NCBI GenBank assembly: GCA_051867915.1
Contig: JBJDZJ010000191.1
Coordinates: 5,487-69,486, forward strand
Origin: Eubacteriales bacterium
Lineage (GTDB): Bacteria; Bacillota; Clostridia; Oscillospirales; CAG-272
Direction of reading: 5' to 3'
Length of the DNA stretch: 64,000 nt
Positions 1 to 7,243 of the stretch are shown here, piece after piece (within the stretch, counting starts at the first letter, position 1; each line of letters starts with the position of its first letter). The translations under genes and the position numbers were made by a program. Below the pieces are notes generated by a model, which did no database searches, was not told the DNA's origin, and worked only from the letters and a program-made list of their open reading frames with translations.

Positions 1-797
1 GGAGTGAGACGCTGGCAAAGGCGCTGGAAAAACAGTACATCGGCGTCAAGAACTGCAACCGTGAATTTGAGGGCAGTATCAAGGGCATGGGCGACCGTGT
101 GAAGATCTGCTCCATCGGTTCGGTCAGCGTCTTCGACTACACCAAGAACACCGATATGAGCGCACCTGCCACCATGAACGACAGTTCGGTCACGCTGACC
201 ATCAGCCGTGCCAAGGCCTTCAACTTTCAGATCGACGATGTGGACAAGACTCAGGCCAAGAGCAATCTTCTTCAGGCGGCTATGCGCGAGGCGGCAAATG
301 CCATTGCGGACGATGCCGATGCCTACATTTACAGCCTGTACACCGAGGCGACGGCAGACAATACCATCACCAAGGCGTCGGCATCCTACACCGACATCAT
401 CGACCTTCTGATTCAGGCGAGAGAAAAGCTGCTGTCCAACAATGTCAACAGCAATACCGAGACGGTTCTGGAGGTTTCTCCCGCCGTTGCCGCCCTGATT
501 CTCAAGGCGAAGATTCTGCAGTCCACCGACAACGGGGATGCCATGTTCAACGGCTATCTGGGGACCTTCGTAGGCTTTGACATCTATGTTTCCAACAACA
601 TTGTCAAGGACAGTGCCGGAAGCTACAAGTGCTTTGCACGCACCAAGCGTGCCATTGCCTATGCCGATCAGCTGAACATGGTGGAGGCCTACCGTCCCGA
701 AAAGCGGTTTGCCGATGCGGTGAAGGGTCTGCATCTCTACGGCGCAAAGCTGGTATACCCCGAAGAGTTGGTTCTTCTGAACATCTCGGTTGCCTGA
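1..797 (+). CDS. Phage major capsid protein-like (P22-coat/HK97-fold class), 5'-truncated by the window edge
   Basis: The reading frame of the 87..797 ORF is open back to nt 3 (SETLAKALEKQYIGVKNCNREFEGSIKG-MGDRVKI...), so the ATG at 87 is internal. Stop TGA at 795-797. The N-terminal pattern N.EFEGSIK..GD.VKI and the overall composition and size class resemble coat proteins of Firmicutes siphophages. The assignment is from memory of the family, not from a search. Confidence 0.6.
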   Translation, partial: SETLAKALEKQYIGVKNCNREFEGSIKGMGDRVKICSIGSVSVFDYTKNTDMSAPATMNDSSVTLTISRAKAFNFQIDDVDKTQAKSNLLQAAMREAANAIADDADAYIYSLYTEATADNTITKASASYTDIIDLLIQAREKLLSNNVNSNTETVLEVSPAVAALILKAKILQSTDNGDAMFNGYLGTFVGFDIYVSNNIVKDSAGSYKCFARTKRAIAYADQLNMVEAYRPEKRFADAVKGLHLYGAKLVYPEELVLLNISVA

Positions 798-887
798 TCG
801 GTTCTGACGGAGTCCGGGGGATTATGATTCGCCTTTTCGGGTCAAAAATCCCCTCAGACTTCCCTATATGAAAGGATTGGTGATACT

Positions 888-1442
888 ATGCTTTGTTCAG
901 AACTCTGGAAAGGGGTTCTCAGTCTCTTTACCCTGGAGGATGCGGCGGAGAAAACGGTGACGGTGACCGAGACACTGTCTGAAACGGCGTCGGGAAACTC
1001 CTCCGAAACCACATCCACAACTTCTTCCGGTACCCACTCCGACAGTGCATCCTCGTCCACGGGCAGTGAACGGGTGAGCGGCGAATCGGAGTCCGAAAGC
1101 GGGAAGAGTGCCGAAACGGTGACGAAAACCACGGCGGACACCGCCCCGGTGGTTGAATCCCTGAAGGAGCGATTTCCGGGGGGACTTGATACGGCGGTGT
1201 GCAGTCTGTATGCGCTGGCACTGCGCTACAATCCCTACGGTCAGGAGCCGCTGTCGCTTCCACTGGAGGAAAACTCCATATTTCCGCTCCCCGACCGCTT
1301 CTACTCGGCGACGGTTTATCTGGTCGGCTATCTGCTTGGCGGCGGTACTCGGCTGTTTGACCTGTACGAGAAGGAGATTCTGCTCATCGAGAGCGAAATT
1401 TCCTCGGTAGTGGAACCGATCGTCGATCGGTATCGGGGATAG
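888..1442 (+). CDS. Hypothetical phage-associated protein with a Ser/Thr/Glu-rich N-terminal half
   Basis: 184-aa ORF 90 nt downstream of the capsid gene on the same strand. It has a low-complexity T/S/E stretch and then a globular C-terminal half (..LYALALRYNPYGQEPLSLPLEEN..). No recognisable motif. A strong terminator follows. Confidence 0.45.
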   Translation: MLCSELWKGVLSLFTLEDAAEKTVTVTETLSETASGNSSETTSTTSSGTHSDSASSSTGSERVSGESESESGKSAETVTKTTADTAPVVESLKERFPGGLDTAVCSLYALALRYNPYGQEPLSLPLEENSIFPLPDRFYSATVYLVGYLLGGGTRLFDLYEKEILLIESEISSVVEPIVDRYRG

Positions 1443-1465
1443 TCGGCGATTCTGTACAAAAAGAG

Positions 1466-1502
1466 ATCCTGTGCAAATGTCTTTATTTGCACAGGATTTT
1501 TT
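1466..1502. terminator. Bidirectional rho-independent terminator between the phage-like module and the convergent oxidoreductase gene
   Basis: Perfect 13-bp stem ATCCTGTGCAAAT / ATTTGCACAGGAT with a 6-nt loop. It is followed by TTTTTTG on the plus strand and preceded by ACAAAAAGAG, which is a T-tract on the minus strand. Confidence 0.8.
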
Positions 1503-1512
1503 GAATTATCAT

Positions 1513-2706
1513 TTACCACTTGACCTGCCATCGGGGGCTGACGCTTCCGTCGGCAAAGGAGGGGACGGCGGGACGGAGACTGGATTTTTCCTGCTTCTCC
1601 TTCAGCAGACGGTTGAAGGATTCACTGTCGGCGGGGGAAAGCCTGCCGTCCTCGGTCAGTTCGATTTTTCTGCCCGTCCAGGAGGACAGGTAGGCGGCAT
1701 CGGTCAGGGTCAGCATCCGGATGCCCTCTCTGCCGTCGGCGATCATAGGTTCATCCCGCAACACGGCGCCGACAAAGGCGTTCAGCACGCCGTTGTGAGC
1801 GGTTTCCGGAGTGTCCGGAACAAATTCGCTGACGGTACAGGGACTTTCGCAGGAGGAGCTTCCGGCCGTAAAACAGTACTCCCGTTCGGAGAATCCGCAT
1901 TCCCAAAGGGTCAGCTTTCCGTCCTCCAGAACCAGCTTGCCCCGATCGCCCATGATTTCCAGACGGTTGGTGCCGGGATATTCTCCGGTGGCGGTCATGA
2001 ACTGAGCCTGAGCCCCGTTGGCATAGTCGAGAATCAGGGTCGCCCGATCCTCTACCTCAATGTGATGGTAGAGTCCCTCGTTGCAGATGGCGAAGACCGA
2101 CTTCGGCATCCCGAAAATCCACTGGAGCAGATCCAGATTGTGGGGTGCCTGATTGAGCAGAACCCCGCCGCCCTCGCCGCAGAAGGTTCCCCGCCAACTG
2201 CCGCTATCATAGTAGCTTTGGGTGCGGTACCAGTTGGTGATGATCCAGGTCAGCCGCTTGGGTACGCCCAATCTGCCGTCCTGAATCAGTTTTCTTGCCT
2301 TTTGGAACAGGGGATTGGTGCGCTGATTGAACATGATGCCGAATTTCCGTCCGCAGGCGTCTGCGGCGGCGATCATCTGCTCCACATCGCTGACCCGAAC
2401 ACCGGCAGGCTTTTCGGTCATGACATGCTGTCCCCGTTCGAAGGCGTCGACGGCCATCGGAGGGTGGAAAAAGTGGGGTGTTGCGATGAGGACGGCGTCG
2501 GTGCATCCGCTGTCCATCAGCGATAGGTGGTCGGAAAAGGTGCGGACGCCGGGGAGGTTGGACTCTGCCCAGCGTAGACGATCGGGGGAGATGTCGCAGA
2601 CGGCGGTCAGAACGGCGTTCCCGATCCTGCCGTCCCGCAGACTCAGGGCGTGGGCGGAACCCATATTGCCGATGCCGATAATGCCGAAACGAACCGGTTT
2701 CATCAT
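1513..2706 (-). CDS. Gfo/Idh/MocA family NAD(P)-dependent oxidoreductase
   Basis: N-terminal Rossmann motif VRFGIIGIGNMGSAHA and the conserved EKP motif (MTEKPAG). The start is moved to the ATG at 2706 (MMKPVRFG) because GGAGAGGAG lies 9 nt upstream. The track ORF start at 2733 overlaps the eda stop. Confidence 0.85.
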   Translation of the reverse strand: MMKPVRFGIIGIGNMGSAHALSLRDGRIGNAVLTAVCDISPDRLRWAESNLPGVRTFSDHLSLMDSGCTDAVLIATPHFFHPPMAVDAFERGQHVMTEKPAGVRVSDVEQMIAAADACGRKFGIMFNQRTNPLFQKARKLIQDGRLGVPKRLTWIITNWYRTQSYYDSGSWRGTFCGEGGGVLLNQAPHNLDLLQWIFGMPKSVFAICNEGLYHHIEVEDRATLILDYANGAQAQFMTATGEYPGTNRLEIMGDRGKLVLEDGKLTLWECGFSEREYCFTAGSSSCESPCTVSEFVPDTPETAHNGVLNAFVGAVLRDEPMIADGREGIRMLTLTDAAYLSSWTGRKIELTEDGRLSPADSESFNRLLKEKQEKSSLRPAVPSFADGSVSPRWQVKW

Positions 2707-2729
2707 AATGATCCGCTCCTCTCCCTGTT

Positions 2730-3353
2730 TCACATGGATGCGCCCCGTTTGGAGGCGATTTCCACGGCTTTTTTGCAGTTTTTGGCGATCTGATCGTAGT
2801 CGCCCTTCATCATGAAGGATCCGCCGCAGGCGACGATCTTGGGAAATGCCAGATACTCGGTCAGATCCTCTTCGCCGATGCCTCCGGTAGGCAGGAAGGA
2901 AACGGAGGGGAATGCGGCGGACAGCGCCTTGACGGCGGACAGTCCGCCGTACACTCCTGCGGGGAAAAACTTCACCAGATCAATCCCGTGAGACAGGGCG
3001 GTCATGATTTCGGTGGGGGTTACGCATCCCGGAATGTAGGGAACACCCAGCTCCGCACAGGTGTCTGCCACTTCGGCGGAGAATCCCGGACTGACCACAA
3101 AGGTGGCGCCGGCGGAGATGGCCTGCCGGGCCTGTATGCGGTTCAGCACCGTCCCCGCTCCGATGGTCATGTCGGGGAAGGTGATCATTCCCTGACGGAT
3201 GGCGTCTGCCGCACAGTCGGTGCGGAAGGTGATCTCTGCAATGGGCAGTCCGCCGCTGAGCATAGCTCCCAGAGTGGGAAGGGCGTCCTCGATGCGGTGA
3301 AGCGTGACCACGGGAACAATCCGGTACTGTCGGATGATATCAATGGCTTCCAT
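2730..3353 (-). CDS. eda: 2-dehydro-3-deoxyphosphogluconate (KDPG) / 4-hydroxy-2-oxoglutarate aldolase
   Basis: Family motifs GAGTVLN, FVVSPG, PGCVTPTE, VKFFPA (Schiff-base Lys) and PTGGI. The start MEAIDIIRQY at 3353 is preceded by AGAGAGGAAAG. The longer track ORF would overlap the upstream gene. Confidence 0.85.
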   Translation of the reverse strand: MEAIDIIRQYRIVPVVTLHRIEDALPTLGAMLSGGLPIAEITFRTDCAADAIRQGMITFPDMTIGAGTVLNRIQARQAISAGATFVVSPGFSAEVADTCAELGVPYIPGCVTPTEIMTALSHGIDLVKFFPAGVYGGLSAVKALSAAFPSVSFLPTGGIGEEDLTEYLAFPKIVACGGSFMMKGDYDQIAKNCKKAVEIASKRGASM

Positions 3354-3393
3354 TTGTCTTTCCTCTCTTGATGTCCGGATGAATTTTTCGGGA

Positions 3394-4233
3394 TCAGACC
3401 CCGGAATAGGCGGCAAAACCGCCGTCTACCGGGATAACGGTTCCCGTGACGAAGCCGCTGGAGCGGTCGTCGGACAGCCAGAGCAGGGTGCCGATCAGGT
3501 CGGACACCTCGCCGAAGCGGTTCTGGGGGGTATGGGACAGGATTTTATGGGTGCGCTCGGTGGGGGTTCCGTCTTCGTTGAAAAGCAGACTGCGGTTCTG
3601 ATTTGTGACGAAGAATCCGGGGGCGATGGCATTGACACGGATGCCCACGGGGGCAAAGTGGACCGCCAGCCATTGGGTCAGGTTGGAGACTCCCGCCTTT
3701 GCCGCACTGTATGCGGGAATTTTGGTCAGGGGTCGGAAGGCGTTCATGGAGGAAATATTCAGAACGGTGCCGCCTGTCTTTGTCATGTCGGCGGCGAAGA
3801 CCTGAGTCACCAGAAATGCCGACAGGATGTTGAGATTGAAGACAAATTCGATGCCGGAGGGGTCCAGATCGAAGAAGGATTTGGTGTCCTCGGGCAGATC
3901 GGAGGTATGGTATTCGTTGGAGGTGGTTGCGCGGGGATTGTTGCCGCCCGCTCCGTTAATCAGGTAGTTGACCTTGCCGAATTTTTGCTCAACGGTCGCC
4001 TTGGCGGCAAGAATGGAGTCCCGATTCAGGCAGTCGGTGGGGACAGCAATGGCATTTTCTCCGATTTCTGCCGCCACCCGCTCTGCGGCGTCGGCGGAGA
4101 TGTCCAGAATGGCCACCTTTGCGCCGCAGGCTGCCAGCGCCTTGGCAAACTCGCTCATCAGAACCCCGCCGCCTCCGGTAATGGCGACGGTTTTATCGGA
4201 CAAATCCACTTGAAAGGGTAAATTCATGTTCAT
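3394..4233 (-). CDS. Short-chain dehydrogenase/reductase, probably a UxuB-type (SDR-class) mannonate/fructuronate oxidoreductase
   Basis: TGGGGVLM cofactor motif, YSAAK catalytic YxxxK and NAIAPGFF. It is 279 aa and sits between uxuA and eda in a hexuronate operon, as does the SDR-type UxuB of Bacillus. Substrate is inferred from context. Confidence 0.7.
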   Translation of the reverse strand: MNMNLPFQVDLSDKTVAITGGGGVLMSEFAKALAACGAKVAILDISADAAERVAAEIGENAIAVPTDCLNRDSILAAKATVEQKFGKVNYLINGAGGNNPRATTSNEYHTSDLPEDTKSFFDLDPSGIEFVFNLNILSAFLVTQVFAADMTKTGGTVLNISSMNAFRPLTKIPAYSAAKAGVSNLTQWLAVHFAPVGIRVNAIAPGFFVTNQNRSLLFNEDGTPTERTHKILSHTPQNRFGEVSDLIGTLLWLSDDRSSGFVTGTVIPVDGGFAAYSGV

Positions 4234-4251
4234 TTTTGCTTTTACCTCCCG

Positions 4252-5298
4252 TTATGCTTGATTCTTTGCTTTTTCCACGGCTTCGAAAAGGCCGTTGAGA
4301 TAGGCGGCGCCCAGCGCCCGATCGTACAGACCGTAGCCGGGTTTTCCGTCCTCGCCGAAAATATTCCTGCCGTGATCGGGGCGGACATATCCGTCAAAGC
4401 CGCCGTCCGACAGCGCCTTGACGATGGCGTACAGATCCAGCGATCCGGCAGATGACAGGTGTCCGCACTCGCAGAAGGAGTGATCTCCGGTGTAGCGGAT
4501 GTTGCGCAGATGGGCGAAGTGAATCCGCCCCTCTTTTGCATACTCATAGGCAAGGGAGACAAGATCGTTGTCGGGATCGGCTCCCAGAGAGCCGGTGCAG
4601 AAGGTGATTCCGTTTCGTTTGGAGGGTACTGCCGCAAACAGACACTCGTAATCCGCTTTTTTGGAGATGATTCGGGGCAGTCCGAAGATGTCCCACGGGG
4701 GATCGTCCGGGTGGATTGCCATGTTCATTCCCACCTCTTCGCAGACCGGGATGATTCTTTTGAGAAAATAGACCAGATTGTCAAAGAGTTCTTCGTGGCT
4801 GATTTTCTGATAGCGTCCGATCAGCTCCGCCAGTTCGCCCTTGGAATAGGATTCGTCCCAGCCGGGCAGGGAAAGGTCGGCGGGATCCAGCGAGACAATC
4901 TCCTCATGGCGATAGGACAGGGCGTTCGATCCGTCGACCGCCGCCGTTTTCAGATTGGTTCTCAGCCAGTCGAAGACCGGCATGAAGTTGTAGCAGATGC
5001 ACTTGACTCCCGCCTCGGACAACCTGCGGATGTTTTCGCAGTAGGCGGCGATGTAGTCGTCCCGTCGGCCTCTGCCCGATTTGATGTCCTCGTGGACGGG
5101 AACCGATTCGATGACTTCCATCTCAAGACCTGCATCGGTGCAGGCTTTTTTCAGTTTGGCAATGGTTTCGCGACTCCAGACCTCACCAACGGGGGTGTCG
5201 TAGATTGCAGTGACCACTCCGCTCATGTTTGGAATCTGACGGATATAGGACAGGGAAATCGGATCGTCCTCTCCGTACCATCGGAATGTCATTTTCAT
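4252..5298 (-). CDS. uxuA: Mannonate dehydratase
   Basis: N-terminus MKMTFRWYGEDDPISLSYIRQIP and the overall 348-aa UxuA pattern. Operon context with uxaC. Confidence 0.9.
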   Translation of the reverse strand: MKMTFRWYGEDDPISLSYIRQIPNMSGVVTAIYDTPVGEVWSRETIAKLKKACTDAGLEMEVIESVPVHEDIKSGRGRRDDYIAAYCENIRRLSEAGVKCICYNFMPVFDWLRTNLKTAAVDGSNALSYRHEEIVSLDPADLSLPGWDESYSKGELAELIGRYQKISHEELFDNLVYFLKRIIPVCEEVGMNMAIHPDDPPWDIFGLPRIISKKADYECLFAAVPSKRNGITFCTGSLGADPDNDLVSLAYEYAKEGRIHFAHLRNIRYTGDHSFCECGHLSSAGSLDLYAIVKALSDGGFDGYVRPDHGRNIFGEDGKPGYGLYDRALGAAYLNGLFEAVEKAKNQA

Positions 5299-5330
5299 GA
5301 TCGTTTTCCTTCCTTATTTATATATTATTG

Positions 5331-6728
5331 TTACGGCGTTTCCATCGGGCGCAGATCGGCGTCAATTCCGGTCAGCTCTGCGGCGTTGCCGAAGCAGATG
5401 GCCTTTGCCGCCTTTTCTGCGGCTGCGGGCGTCAGCTCTTTGCCGTCAACCCACTCGCCCAGAAGATCGCAGAGGATCCTGCGGAAGTAGTCGTGACGGG
5501 CATAGGACAGGAAGGATCGGGAATCGGTCAGCATGCCGAGAAACTTTCCGAGATGTGCGGTTTCGGCAATGGTTTCGATCTGTTCCCGGATGCCTCTCTT
5601 GTGATCGCAGAACCACCATGCCGCTCCCATGCGTACCTTGGGGAAGGAGCCTGCCACAGTGGCGGCGGCGGGAATCATGGCGGGATTCAGACAGTAGATC
5701 ACGGTTTCGGGAAGTCCTGCGGGGGATTCGGTGTGGATGGCGTCCAGCAAGGCGATCAGGGAGGAAATCGGGATCATATCGCCTGCGCAGTCACCGCCTG
5801 CATCCGGTCCGCACTGCCGATAGAGTCTGCTGTTGACATTTCTCGATACCGCCAGATGGAGCTGCATGACCAGTCCGCGCTTGGCGTATTCAACGCCGAG
5901 GAAGCGCATCATGTGATCGAGAAAGGCGAGAAATCCGATTTCGCTGATCTCGTCCCCGACCCTTGCCTGATCGAAGGCCTCCTTTGCGGCATCCTCGTCC
6001 CGAAGGGGCAGGGGGAAGCAGGGGATCCCCACATCGGTGAATTTGCACCCGTGGGCGACAAAATAGTCCAGTCTTTGGCAGACGGCGGCTTTCAGGTTGT
6101 CAAGGGAACGGACGGTCTGACCGCTTGCTGCTTCCAGCCGTTTCAGATAGTCGGGATAGTCGGCGGCACGGATGGACAGCAGACGGTCGGTGCGAAAGGA
6201 AGGGGCGACCTTAACGGGAAAACTCTCATCTGCCGCCAGCTTTTCGTGCCAGATCAGATCGTCGCATATCTCGTCGGTGGTGGCAATATAGCGGACCTTT
6301 GAGTCGAGAATCAGCTTTCTGGGGGAGAGCTTTTCATCCGCGATCTTTCTGTCCGCCGCCTGCCGGATTCTCCCGGCGCTTTCGGCGGTCAGCGGCTCGT
6401 GAATGTCAAAATAACGGTCCAGTTCCATGGCTGTCCAGTGGTAAAGGGGATTGCCTGCCGCCAGTTCCACGGCAGAGGCGTAGGCGTCGAATTTGGCGTT
6501 CCAGTCGGCGTCCCCGGTGACCAGCGTCTCGTCGGCGCCGTTCATCCGCATGAGCCGCCACTTGTAGTGATCTCCCCACAGCCAGATCTTCCCGATGCTG
6601 TCAAAGGGGGTGTCCTCATAGATCTCTTTGGGGGACAGATGGCAGTGATAATCGCAGATGGGCAGATCCTTCACTGCCCGATAGAGGGAGCGACCGCTCT
6701 CGCTGTGAATCAGATAGCTCTCGTCCAT
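5331..6728 (-). CDS. uxaC: Glucuronate (uronate) isomerase
   Basis: Signature DLPICDYHCHLSPKEI near the N-terminus; ~465 aa. The start MDESYLIH at 6728 is preceded by GGGAGGAA. The track ORF extension to 6824 runs through the promoter mapped at 6815-6843. Confidence 0.9.
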   Translation of the reverse strand: MDESYLIHSESGRSLYRAVKDLPICDYHCHLSPKEIYEDTPFDSIGKIWLWGDHYKWRLMRMNGADETLVTGDADWNAKFDAYASAVELAAGNPLYHWTAMELDRYFDIHEPLTAESAGRIRQAADRKIADEKLSPRKLILDSKVRYIATTDEICDDLIWHEKLAADESFPVKVAPSFRTDRLLSIRAADYPDYLKRLEAASGQTVRSLDNLKAAVCQRLDYFVAHGCKFTDVGIPCFPLPLRDEDAAKEAFDQARVGDEISEIGFLAFLDHMMRFLGVEYAKRGLVMQLHLAVSRNVNSRLYRQCGPDAGGDCAGDMIPISSLIALLDAIHTESPAGLPETVIYCLNPAMIPAAATVAGSFPKVRMGAAWWFCDHKRGIREQIETIAETAHLGKFLGMLTDSRSFLSYARHDYFRRILCDLLGEWVDGKELTPAAAEKAAKAICFGNAAELTGIDADLRPMETP

Positions 6729-6814
6729 AAAAATTCCTCCCGTTACTTGTCCAAACGGCATTCCCGATGAAAAGCCACGGCAAAAACAGGCCTTTTCTCC
6801 GGGCTTTTTTCTGT

Positions 6815-6843
6815 ATTTTAGCACATCCGTTTTAAAAAGTCAA
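6815..6843 (-). promoter_or_regulatory. Sigma-70-type promoter of the hexuronate operon
   Basis: Minus strand reads TTGACT-17 nt-TAAAAT (plus-strand agtcaa at 6838-6843, atttta at 6815-6820), about 85 nt upstream of the uxaC start. Confidence 0.6.
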
Positions 6844-7154
6844 CTGTCCCGAAAAAAGCAAGTCGATATTTACCATAAATTCAAAAAAAATTGACGGTTT
6901 GTTCAAAAAACAGGAAAGAGTGCCATTTCGATCCCGAAATGGTTGATTTTTTATGCAAAATATGTAAATTGTGAATGGATTTTTCGTGCAATTTGACGCT
7001 TTACATTTGTTGAAAAATGGTATATAATAAACGATGAATCAGTTTGCTGAATTGACAGAGCAGATTCTGTCGGTTCAGCTTGTCCGCATATGTACTTTTG
7101 ACTCTGACAACCGGTTTTTGTGCGTGTATGAAGATGCTCTGTCGGCAGACGGGC

Positions 7155-7175
7155 ACGGCTTCATGCCGTTTTTTG
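7155..7175 (+). promoter_or_regulatory. Weak hairpin plus T-tract (possible attenuator) in the ~200-nt leader of the giant protease gene
   Basis: ACGGC ttcat GCCGT followed by TTTTTTG. The motif TCTGTCGG occurs twice upstream (about 7066 and about 7138). The stem is only 5 bp, so this is tentative. Confidence 0.25.
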
Positions 7176-7243
7176 TGGTTTGTTTGCGGGTCCCCCTACG
7201 ATTCGAATTGATTTTTTTGCATGGATGACCGGGAGGGTTTATT

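Noticed and set aside
1-1502. A complete prophage with an attachment site at the junction near 1450-1510.
   Set aside because: Only two phage-like genes are visible. The junction sequence is a terminator hairpin rather than a direct repeat. No integrase or tRNA target is in the window. The completeness of the element cannot be judged from this window.
5331-6824. Track-defined long N-termini for uxaC, eda, the Gfo/Idh/MocA gene, oppF, the lipoprotein genes, both TetR genes, the serpin, CarD-like, AraC and TraX-like genes.
   Set aside because: In each case an internal ATG or GTG with a proper GGAGG-type RBS starts the conserved N-terminus or signal peptide. The extension overlaps an upstream gene, a promoter or a terminator. 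The coordinates were trimmed accordingly.
7034-7228. 64-aa ORF in the leader of the protease gene, considered as a possible leader peptide or small protein.
   Set aside because: Its ATG sits only ~6 nt after the -10-like element and has no RBS. Its codon composition is AT-rich, unlike the genes of this genome. It is treated as untranslated leader.
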